A DNA stretch of 43,419 nt from Fidelibacterota bacterium (GTDB taxonomy: Bacteria > Fidelibacterota > UBA2242), in the NCBI GenBank assembly GCA_028719225.1, contig JAQUKI010000001.1:1-43419 (forward strand). The letters run 5' to 3'. The translations under genes and the position numbers were made by a program. Below the pieces are notes generated by a model. It did not search any database. It worked only from the letters and a program-made list of their open reading frames with translations, and was not told the origin of the DNA. This document shows positions 25,667 through 33,788 of this stretch, piece by piece (position 1 is the first letter of the stretch; the number at the start of each line of letters is the position of its first letter).

Positions 25667-28483
25667 TTAGAATTGCACTTCGACGCCAAAGCGATACTGC
25701 CGCCGATCACTATATGCCTGGGGATTATAAACCAAACCGCCGCCAACCAACGTCTCATCGAGAACAATTGTAGGATCGCCGGTCTGGCCATAATACATGG
25801 AACTGCCGATCCAATCGACATTCAGGCGGTTGAATAGGTTGAACACATCCAGAAAAACGTTCACGTCGGCCCCAGCCACGGCAACCTGTTTGCTCAATCT
25901 TAAATCAGTATTGAATGTCGCGGGTAGACGCTTATCATTGACTTTTCCGGTACCATACGAGGAATAGGGCAAACCGCTGCCATATTTAAATTGGAAATTG
26001 GCGTGCCAGTTGGTGAATGGTTTATAATTATAGAAGCGCAAACCAAAAATCTCGTCTTTCGGCGTGCATAATGTCAGATTTGCATTAAGCGTATGTGTCT
26101 GGTCAAAACTCAGATAATTCAACCGCCTGGAGTCGCTAAAAGCGCCGGCTCCACTACTCGAAGTCGAACTGCGTCCTTTAGCAACTGAAAAAGTATAGTT
26201 CAGTGATCCACCCCAGAATTTCCCGATCCGCTTGGTCAAAGCAAATTCCAAGCCTTTCATGTTGCCATAATCGGCATTTCCATAAACATTGATTTCAATC
26301 CCTTGAAGGTTCTCCCCAATATATTTGTACCAGTTCATCAAGTTGGTCACGTCTTTATAATAACCTGTGATCGATCCCTTGATGTCATCGCTAAAAAGAT
26401 GTTCAACACCAATTTCGTAGGCTACCGTCTTTTCGGGATCGATATTAGGATTGCCGACATAATTGCCAACTTTAGTCAATGCCTGAAAGTACATGTTGCG
26501 GTAGAGATAATAGGCATCCGGACGCTGAAAATAGTGACCGTAAGAGAAATGAATGACATCGCGCTCGGTTATCGGATGCGAGATCGCAATGCGGGGGCTG
26601 AACTGTGATTTAGCGCTAGGCTTTTTTGGATTGATTAGAATCGGTAGTCCACTTGTATCCAATTCGGAATAGGGATTGTTATAATCAGCCGGATAGTTCA
26701 CACCATCACCACCTCCGTTCGGATCAAAATAATCGAAACGCAAACCAATGAGGGCGATAATTCCCTGAAACTCTATCTTATCCTGAGCATAAAGCCCAAA
26801 GTCTATAGTATTTTTATCCCAGATGTCTTCCCGGAAGGTGCCATAACCCAGTGTCCAACTAATGTTTTCGACAGACATCCGACTATAATCGAATTCAAAT
26901 CCGGCTTTGATTAAATGATTGTAGGTTGCCTGGCTGACAAAATCACCTTTAATCGTATTAGTCCACGATTTCTGATCGCGATAACCCGGATCGTCACCAA
27001 CGATCCACCAGTAATTATTCTCCTGATCGCGATAAATCGGATGCGGGCCATCTTTTGTGTCGTCCCAAACCAAATCCTCTTCTGTATTATTATCACCATC
27101 TCGATCATCTACGTCCTGCGTGGCATAATGGTAATTGGAATAGTAGGATTGCCAGCGTAGTTCATAGTAAGTGCGAGAACTAAGCGACTGCGTCCAGACC
27201 AAATATAGGTTGCGGCTGTTCTGGTGATAATTCCAGAGATAGTCCTGCATCGATCCGACATAATACGTTTTAGTAAAATGAGTCGTATCACCTTCCTGTA
27301 ATACCAGAGTATCAATTGTTGATTGTCCATTCTGCGACCAATATTTCTGCGGATCATTGACATAAATGTAGTGCAAGGCTGTGTCACTACCGGTGCTTTG
27401 CTCGCACCAGTATTCATTTGCCTGGTAATCCTCACCCGGACCGTACTTTGATGCTGGTAAGTAAAATTCGTCCCAGTCTTTTTTCGAATAGAGTCCGCCA
27501 ATTGATAATTTGGTTTTGGAAGTCGGTTTGATGGTCACCTTTCCTTGGTAAGATTGATTATTGTATTGCTCGTTAATAAAATTGCCCTGATTGCGATCGG
27601 TGATTTCTGCCGATGCCGAGAAATTGGCTTTCTTTGTGAAGAGCGGCCCATTTAGGCTGAATTGATAATTGTTTTCTAATTTATGCAGATAAGTGACGCC
27701 CAGCCAATCACCACGCTCACCCATCAACAGGTCATTCAGGCCAGATCCGAAATTTGTCGACATAAAACGTGCTTTACCGGATAATTTTTGGCTGCCTTCC
27801 TTTAATGCCAGGTTTAATACACCGGATTGAACATTGCCGTATTCAGCGCTGAACCCTCCTAACGTGACTTCCATTTCCTGAATTGCGGCTTCGGGAACGT
27901 CGGCCGTGAATCCTCCCATATTGCCGGAATATTCGCCAGCAGGGTCTTTCACGGGCAAACCGTCAATCACGACCAAAACCTCGCCAACACGTCCACCACG
28001 AAAATGGCTGCCGACCGTGCCCGCCTGGTTTTGTGCAATTTGTTGAAAATTATCGATCGGCTGACCCGTCATTTCTTCGGCGGTAACCGTATGTCGGGAA
28101 GTAAACTCATCTTTTCGCATTAAAGGGCGCTCCGCCGTAACGATCACGCTTTCTCCAGCCTCTAAAACGGTAGATTGCATGGAAAAATCTTGTTTTGTAG
28201 TCAGATCTATCGACACCACAACATTCTTAGTTATCACAGGAGTATAGCCGATCATCATGGCCTTTAAATCATACGTACCCACCGGGACGTTCAATATCGT
28301 ATAAAATCCCTCATTGTCGCTGGCAACACCCATCGTAGTACCTTCGAGAACGATATTAACACCGGGCAGCGGTTTTCCTGATGCGGCATCTTTAACAATA
28401 CCGGTGATTTTCCCACTGGTACCGGCGAAAACGCCCATTGCCATGGTCAAAGTTAGACTGACAAGTAACAGATATCTTCGCAT
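25667..28483 (-). CDS. TonB-dependent-receptor-like outer-membrane barrel with N-terminal CarboxypepD_reg domain (cassette 2).
   Basis: AGGAGG Shine-Dalgarno site and a signal peptide. GKITGIVKDAASGKPLPGVNIVLEGTTMGVASDNEGFYTILNVPVGTYDL. TonB-box-like ESVIVTA, a plug region, a long barrel, and a terminal Phe (VEVQF). Confidence 0.85.
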   Translation of the reverse strand: MRRYLLLVSLTLTMAMGVFAGTSGKITGIVKDAASGKPLPGVNIVLEGTTMGVASDNEGFYTILNVPVGTYDLKAMMIGYTPVITKNVVVSIDLTTKQDFSMQSTVLEAGESVIVTAERPLMRKDEFTSRHTVTAEEMTGQPIDNFQQIAQNQAGTVGSHFRGGRVGEVLVVIDGLPVKDPAGEYSGNMGGFTADVPEAAIQEMEVTLGGFSAEYGNVQSGVLNLALKEGSQKLSGKARFMSTNFGSGLNDLLMGERGDWLGVTYLHKLENNYQFSLNGPLFTKKANFSASAEITDRNQGNFINEQYNNQSYQGKVTIKPTSKTKLSIGGLYSKKDWDEFYLPASKYGPGEDYQANEYWCEQSTGSDTALHYIYVNDPQKYWSQNGQSTIDTLVLQEGDTTHFTKTYYVGSMQDYLWNYHQNSRNLYLVWTQSLSSRTYYELRWQSYYSNYHYATQDVDDRDGDNNTEEDLVWDDTKDGPHPIYRDQENNYWWIVGDDPGYRDQKSWTNTIKGDFVSQATYNHLIKAGFEFDYSRMSVENISWTLGYGTFREDIWDKNTIDFGLYAQDKIEFQGIIALIGLRFDYFDPNGGGDGVNYPADYNNPYSELDTSGLPILINPKKPSAKSQFSPRIAISHPITERDVIHFSYGHYFQRPDAYYLYRNMYFQALTKVGNYVGNPNIDPEKTVAYEIGVEHLFSDDIKGSITGYYKDVTNLMNWYKYIGENLQGIEINVYGNADYGNMKGLEFALTKRIGKFWGGSLNYTFSVAKGRSSTSSSGAGAFSDSRRLNYLSFDQTHTLNANLTLCTPKDEIFGLRFYNYKPFTNWHANFQFKYGSGLPYSSYGTGKVNDKRLPATFNTDLRLSKQVAVAGADVNVFLDVFNLFNRLNVDWIGSSMYYGQTGDPTIVLDETLVGGGLVYNPQAYSDRRQYRFGVEVQF

Positions 28484-28938
28484 TTAGTTCCTCCTAAGCA
28501 ATATCAATTGGATCCTCGAGCGTGTAAAATAATCACAAAATTTCAATGTCGATTGGAAATAAATTTAATTGAGTGAAATTGTATATCGGGGAAGAGGTGT
28601 AATTCCCTTAGAACAACTATCCCGAATACTTCTTTAAATACTTTCTGCGGCTTCTCTCGAACCATTCCTTCCCTTGCCAATACAACTTGCGCTTAGAGTA
28701 AAAAATATCCAAGTAAAAGTCAAGGTTTTTCTCTGGAAACCATGTTCTTTTTTTACAGATTTTATTTCTAGTAACCGGCAACATAAACTATCGAGAACTC
28801 CATTTACTCGGAATTAGATGACTTTTGACCAACCATATAATCTGCAAGTCCATTATTTTTTATCTTTGTGTTTTTCCGATATTAAATGGCTAACTTTTTC
28901 CCGTGAAAATGTTTCAGAATCGAGGAAAGTAAAACAAT

Positions 28939-30045
28939 ATGAAAAAATTTGTTTGGGCCATTTTTCTAATCATTTCAACATTCGCTGGCGCGCAGGAATT
29001 TAATCCTGAAAAAGTTCCACCAATGAAATTTTATGGTAAGGACTTTTATCGAATCGAGGGAACAATGATTTCCGATTCTCTCAAAGAAAACTCTTTCGAC
29101 CGCTTACCATTGAGTTACCAGAATAAAGTCAGAAAATCCGTCTGGGAATTGTCAAAAAACTCCGCCGGGATTTCCATTCGGTTTCTGTCTAATTCGACAT
29201 CAATCAAGGCCAAATGGGAATTGCTTACAGATAAAAAAATGAACCATATGGCGGAAACGGGAATCAAAGGCGTCGATCTCTATGCAATGGTCGGAAATCG
29301 CTGGCAATTTGTAAATACCGGCAGACCGACCGCAGTAAAAAACGAGGCGTTGCTCATTGAAAACATGACACCGGTTTTAAGAGAATATCGCCTGTTTTTA
29401 CCTTTATACGACGGTGTCTCGGCGGTGGAAATCGGAATCGATTCACTCAGCGAAATCATCCTACCGCCTGTTCTGAGAACGAAACCGATCGTTTTTTACG
29501 GAACCAGCATCACGCAGGGCGGATGCGCCTCGCGCCCCGGAATGGCATATACGAACATCATTTCGCGAAAACTCGACATGGACTGTATTAACTTCGGTTT
29601 CAGCGGCAATGGTAGGATGGAAGCGCCGCTCGTTGAACTGATCTCGGAAATCGACGCCGCATGTTATGTGATCGACTGCATTCCGAATATGACAGTGAAT
29701 CAGATTCATGAAAACACAAAGCCACTGATCGAAATCATTCGGAAAAAGCACCCGAACACTCCCATCGTTTTCATCGAACAGATGATTTATGAGAAAGCAT
29801 TTTTCGATTCAACCGTTTATCAATTGATCACTCAAAAGAATGCCGCGTTGAAATCCGAAGTAACAAAGTCTATCGAATCGGGATTTGCCAACATCTACTA
29901 TATTGACAATCAGTATCCTTTAGGAAATGACCACGAAGCGACCGTTGACGGCGTACATTTTACGGATTTGGGATTCATGCGCTTTTCCGACTATCTGATA
30001 GATAAGTTCAATCGATTCGGGATCATCACTTCTTCGGATAAATAA
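28939..30045 (+). CDS. SGNH/GDSL-family hydrolase (carbohydrate esterase-like) with an N-terminal beta-sandwich domain.
   Basis: Signal peptide ...FAGA|Q. SGNH blocks FYGTSITQGG (Ser nucleophile), GFSGNG and DGVHFTDLG (DxxH). Confidence 0.8.
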   Translation: MKKFVWAIFLIISTFAGAQEFNPEKVPPMKFYGKDFYRIEGTMISDSLKENSFDRLPLSYQNKVRKSVWELSKNSAGISIRFLSNSTSIKAKWELLTDKKMNHMAETGIKGVDLYAMVGNRWQFVNTGRPTAVKNEALLIENMTPVLREYRLFLPLYDGVSAVEIGIDSLSEIILPPVLRTKPIVFYGTSITQGGCASRPGMAYTNIISRKLDMDCINFGFSGNGRMEAPLVELISEIDAACYVIDCIPNMTVNQIHENTKPLIEIIRKKHPNTPIVFIEQMIYEKAFFDSTVYQLITQKNAALKSEVTKSIESGFANIYYIDNQYPLGNDHEATVDGVHFTDLGFMRFSDYLIDKFNRFGIITSSDK

Positions 30046-30136
30046 TTATCGCCGAACACGGCGCGATTTATATCCGGTATGGATTGGCCGAGCAATTATT
30101 CGCTCACAAATATTTTCTCCGCATAAAAAATAATTC

Positions 30137-30165
30137 TTGACAATTCAATACCTTCTGATTAGATT
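30137..30165 (+). promoter_or_regulatory. Candidate sigma70-type promoter for the YtrA-type ABC operon.
   Basis: TTGACA, a 17-nt spacer, then TAGATT, about 40 nt upstream of ATG 30206. Confidence 0.4.
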
Positions 30166-30205
30166 CTTAGTGTGTTAGTTGTTTAATACACTATTGGAGG
30201 TCAAT

Positions 30206-31060
30206 ATGATAGAAATCAAGAATCTGAACTTCGCTTACCGGAAAAAGAGCCACCTGTTCGACGATCTGAATCTGAGCGTCGCACCGGGAAGCATCTGTGG
30301 ATTACTGGGAAAGAACGGCGCTGGAAAAACCACACTGTTAAAAATTCTCACCGGTCTGCTGTTTCCCAAAAGCGGCTCTGTTTCCATATTCGGTCAAAAT
30401 CCAGCCGACCGGCTTCCGGAAACCTTAAAGGAAATTTACATGGTCCCGGAAGAATTTTATCTGCCGGCGCTGACCGTTCGGGAATATGCGCGGCTCTACG
30501 CGCCATTCTACCCGCGTTTCAATAACGAACGGCTCATGGCTCATCTAACCGATTTCGAATTGCCGGAAAACAACAAACTCTCGTCTCTATCTTACGGTCA
30601 AAAGAAAAAATTTCTAATCGCTTTCGGGTTGGCGACAGATAGTCACCTGTTATTACTCGATGAACCGACGAACGGCCTGGATATTCCATCGAAAAGTCAA
30701 TTCAGGAAAATCCTCGCCTCTTCGTTGACGGACGACCGGACGTTTATCATTTCCACACATCAGGTTCGGGATATGGGAAACCTCATCGATCCGATCATCA
30801 TTCTTGACAACGGAAAGATCATTTTCCATGAATCCGTCGAATCCGTCAACCGGAAACTCACCGTACGCATTCTTCCTGAAATCCCCGAAAACGAAACAAT
30901 ACTATATTCAGAAAAAATGCTCGACAGGTTCGTCATCGTTTCACCAAATCCCGATGGCGAGGAAACCAAAATGGACATCGAACTGTTGTTCAATACCGTC
31001 ATTCTGAATCGTGACAAAATGGACTCGCTTTTTACAAAGGAGGTTAATCATGAAGCCTGA
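30206..31060 (+). CDS. ABC transporter ATP-binding protein.
   Basis: Start set at ATG 30206 (GGAGG Shine-Dalgarno site). Walker A GKNGAGKTT, signature LSYGQKKKF, Walker B LLLLDEPTNGLD. Confidence 0.85.
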   Translation: MIEIKNLNFAYRKKSHLFDDLNLSVAPGSICGLLGKNGAGKTTLLKILTGLLFPKSGSVSIFGQNPADRLPETLKEIYMVPEEFYLPALTVREYARLYAPFYPRFNNERLMAHLTDFELPENNKLSSLSYGQKKKFLIAFGLATDSHLLLLDEPTNGLDIPSKSQFRKILASSLTDDRTFIISTHQVRDMGNLIDPIIILDNGKIIFHESVESVNRKLTVRILPEIPENETILYSEKMLDRFVIVSPNPDGEETKMDIELLFNTVILNRDKMDSLFTKEVNHEA

Positions 31061-31826
31061 TAACTTTTTCGACAAAAACCGGTTTTTTATTCTTATCCGA
31101 AACGATCTGTTCACCGGATACCGGAATTTACTGATCGCCGGCGGAGCCATTGCGGGTGCTTTACTGACGATCTATTTACTTACCACATGGAACAACTCGA
31201 ATTCTGATTTTCACCGGACATTTTTCCCGATGATTATTTTCTTCGGCGGTTATCTGATGACCAGCATGATATACAAAGATATCCACGAAAAACAACGGAA
31301 CTACATTTACCTGACATTGCCGGCATCAACACTTGAGAAATTTCTGAGCCGGTTACTGTTGACATCAGTCGGTTTCGTGGCGATCGTTTTGGTGATTTAT
31401 TACCTGTTCTCCTGGATCGCCACCGGACTCAGTCTGTTGATTTTCGATCGATCACTCCCGGCCTTCCAACCGTTTACCCGCGAAACAATGACCGCACTCG
31501 GAGTTTATATAGTGACACAGTCGATCTTCCTGTTTACCGCTGTTTATTTCCGAAGCCACGCTTTTTTCAAGACGATTCTGTCGCTTTTTTCCTTTTCGGT
31601 TGTCATTGGCATTTTTTCAATGCTTATCGCCCGACTCATCTTCTGGAAATATTTCGACGGACTGTTTATACCGGATCAATTTAACATCGACCTCGAACAC
31701 ATGTCTTGCTTTGGCGAATCATTTGGTGAACTTATATCGGCCGCCGCGAAATTCTTTTTCCGATTCATTATGGCGCCTTATTTCTGGGTTCTTACTTATT
31801 TCCGGCTGAAAGAAACGGAGGCCTAA
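31050..31826 (+). CDS. Integral membrane protein, putative permease partner of the preceding ATPase.
   Basis: Start set at ATG 31050 (AAGGAGG Shine-Dalgarno site; 11-nt overlap with the ATPase gene). About six hydrophobic spans. I recognise no family. Confidence 0.6.
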   Translation: MKPDNFFDKNRFFILIRNDLFTGYRNLLIAGGAIAGALLTIYLLTTWNNSNSDFHRTFFPMIIFFGGYLMTSMIYKDIHEKQRNYIYLTLPASTLEKFLSRLLLTSVGFVAIVLVIYYLFSWIATGLSLLIFDRSLPAFQPFTRETMTALGVYIVTQSIFLFTAVYFRSHAFFKTILSLFSFSVVIGIFSMLIARLIFWKYFDGLFIPDQFNIDLEHMSCFGESFGELISAAAKFFFRFIMAPYFWVLTYFRLKETEA

Positions 31827-31827
31827 A

Positions 31828-32190
31828 ATGGAATTCCAAAAAGACAAAGCGATATATCTTCAAATCGCGGACTATATCTGTGAGAATATTCTTTCGAAAA
31901 AGTGGGTGGAAAACGACAGGATTCCATCCGTGCGGGAACTCGCAATCGAACTGGAGGTCAATCCCAATACGGTTATGCGAACCGTAACGTTTCTTCAGGA
32001 GAAAGGCATTATTTTCAATCAGCGGGGAATCGGTTATTTCGTCGCCACCAACAGTTACGAGAATACGCTCAACCTGAAAAAATCGGATTTTATCCAGTCC
32101 GAATTGCCACGAATCTTCAAAACGATGCGTTTGCTGGGACTTAGCCTGGACGACATTCAGCAATATGCAATTCAACCTGAAAATAATTAG
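31828..32190 (+). CDS. GntR-family regulator, YtrA subfamily (short effector domain).
   Basis: 120 aa. IYLQIADYI...RIPSVRELAIELEVNPNTVMRTVTFLQEKGIIFNQRGIGYFV is the classic YtrA-type wHTH. Confidence 0.85.
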   Translation: MEFQKDKAIYLQIADYICENILSKKWVENDRIPSVRELAIELEVNPNTVMRTVTFLQEKGIIFNQRGIGYFVATNSYENTLNLKKSDFIQSELPRIFKTMRLLGLSLDDIQQYAIQPENN

Positions 32191-32200
32191 AGAGGACGTC

Positions 32201-32905
32201 ATGAAAACAAGCAATAAAATTCTCATCATCACTATTTCCCTGATTCTATTATTCGTCGCCGGCATGATAATCGTCAGCCGCTTTGCCATTGAACGCGAAT
32301 ATACCGAAACTGATAATGAGTTTCGTTCGGCGGAGACCGAATTGATCGAGCATAATCTCAAAGATTTTACCGAAGTCAGCGTCTCCGGTAACTGGGACAT
32401 AACCATCGTCCGTAACGACACATTTCGGGTTCAGGTTTTCTATCCAAAAGAGACAGATGATAAATTAACGGTCACTAAACATGGTTCAAAACTCGAACTG
32501 ATTTCTATGGGTGATTTTCACAATCATCACGACCAATTCAGGGCTGAGATTCACATGCCGAAGTTGTCGAAAATTCAATCCGAACTGGCGTCAAAGATCC
32601 GGTTCGATGGATTCAAATCGCCGAACCTCGATCTGCGGATCGAGGGCGCCGGATGGATTACCGGCGGTGATAACGTCATCGAAAATCTCGATCTGTCCAT
32701 AGATGGCGCTTCTCAGGTCGATCTTAAATTCAGCGCGGTCACTAATGTCGATTTGAATATGAACGGAGCGGGAAAAGTGCGCCTCAATATGGCTGGCGGT
32801 AAATTGACCGGCACGGCAAACGGCGCGGGCTCTATCACTTATACCGGAAACGTTTCGGAACAGGATGTTCAGACAAACGGAGCTGTCACGATTCACAAAC
32901 GTTAA
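32201..32905 (+). CDS. Membrane-anchored DUF2807/GIN-domain-like beta-helix protein.
   Basis: Start at ATG 32201 and an N-terminal TM helix. Repetitive LDLRIEGAG..., LDLSIDGASQVDL..., VDLNMNGAGKVRLN...GTANGAGSITYTG pattern, typical of the putative auto-transporter adhesin head GIN domain. Confidence 0.55.
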   Translation: MKTSNKILIITISLILLFVAGMIIVSRFAIEREYTETDNEFRSAETELIEHNLKDFTEVSVSGNWDITIVRNDTFRVQVFYPKETDDKLTVTKHGSKLELISMGDFHNHHDQFRAEIHMPKLSKIQSELASKIRFDGFKSPNLDLRIEGAGWITGGDNVIENLDLSIDGASQVDLKFSAVTNVDLNMNGAGKVRLNMAGGKLTGTANGAGSITYTGNVSEQDVQTNGAVTIHKR

Positions 32906-32928
32906 ATAACATATTCGTTATCTTCCTC

Positions 32929-32965
32929 AGAGCCGCGGTTATTTTCCTGCGGCTCTTTTATTTTA
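32929..32965 (+). terminator. Rho-independent terminator after the YtrA-type operon.
   Basis: AGAGCCGC, a 12-nt loop, GCGGCTCT, then TTTTATTTT. Confidence 0.6.
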
Positions 32966-33022
32966 GAATGGCGATTTCTACATTTATTCGTCTAAAGCAG
33001 TTCTTGTTTCATGTCAATTCGC

Positions 33023-33051
33023 TTGACATTCATGCAAATATTCTCTAACAT
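33023..33051 (+). promoter_or_regulatory. Candidate sigma70-type promoter for rdgB (and possibly sprA).
   Basis: TTGACA, a 17-nt spacer, then TAACAT, about 35 nt upstream of the TTG start at 33087. Confidence 0.4.
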
Positions 33052-33086
33052 TTTTAGCATTTTTAAATGAATAGGAACGAAGCAGT

Positions 33087-33695
33087 TTGAATATATTAAT
33101 CGCATCGAACAACCAACACAAGATAAAGGAGATTCGGCAAATATTTACGCTACCGAATGTGACTTTGCTGACTTTGGATGAGTTTCCCGACGCCCCGATC
33201 CCCGAGGAGGACGGGAACACCCTCTATGAAAACGCATTTAAAAAAGCGTCTATGTTATCAAAATTTACAGGATTGCCAACGCTCGCCGACGATACTGGAC
33301 TGGAAGTCAACGCGTTGAGCGGTCAACCCGGCGTTCGCTCGGCACGGTATGCCGGCGAAAACGCGACTTACGACGAGAACATCGAAAAACTGTTGAGCGA
33401 AATCGACAAAGTCGAGAACCCCGACCGAAACGCTCGGTTTCGGTGTGTCGCGCTTTTTTATCATCCAGACATAACACTTTCCGAAGAAGGATACATCGAA
33501 GGCGCGATCCTTTCGCGCCGACACGGTTTCGGCGGATTTGGTTATGATCCGATTTTTTACATCCCTTCCGCCGGAAAAACCTTTGCCGAAATGACCGAAG
33601 AGGAAAAGAATAATCTGAGCCATCGCGGGATGGCATTTCGGAATCTTCATAATTCTCTCATGAATAAAATTCATCAACTAACCCACAAATATTGA
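33087..33695 (+). CDS. rdgB: Non-canonical purine NTP pyrophosphatase (dITP/XTP pyrophosphatase, RdgB/HAM1 family).
   Basis: ILIASNNQHKIKEI, LADDTGLEVNALSGQPGVRSARYAG, FGYDPIF, AEMTEEEKNNLSHRG: the full set of family motifs. Confidence 0.9.
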   Translation: MNILIASNNQHKIKEIRQIFTLPNVTLLTLDEFPDAPIPEEDGNTLYENAFKKASMLSKFTGLPTLADDTGLEVNALSGQPGVRSARYAGENATYDENIEKLLSEIDKVENPDRNARFRCVALFYHPDITLSEEGYIEGAILSRRHGFGGFGYDPIFYIPSAGKTFAEMTEEEKNNLSHRGMAFRNLHNSLMNKIHQLTHKY

Positions 33696-33788
33696 GGTGC
33701 CGCCTAAGCATTTTTGATACTGTTTTCTGTTTGTAGCTCATATTAATTTTTTCAAGGTGGCAGTCCTATTTTTTACCGTCGCGTAACA

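Noticed and set aside
30050-30063. Hairpin CGCCG-aaca-CGGCG after the SGNH esterase as a terminator.
   Set aside because: The stem is only 5 bp and no T-tract follows. This is too weak to call.
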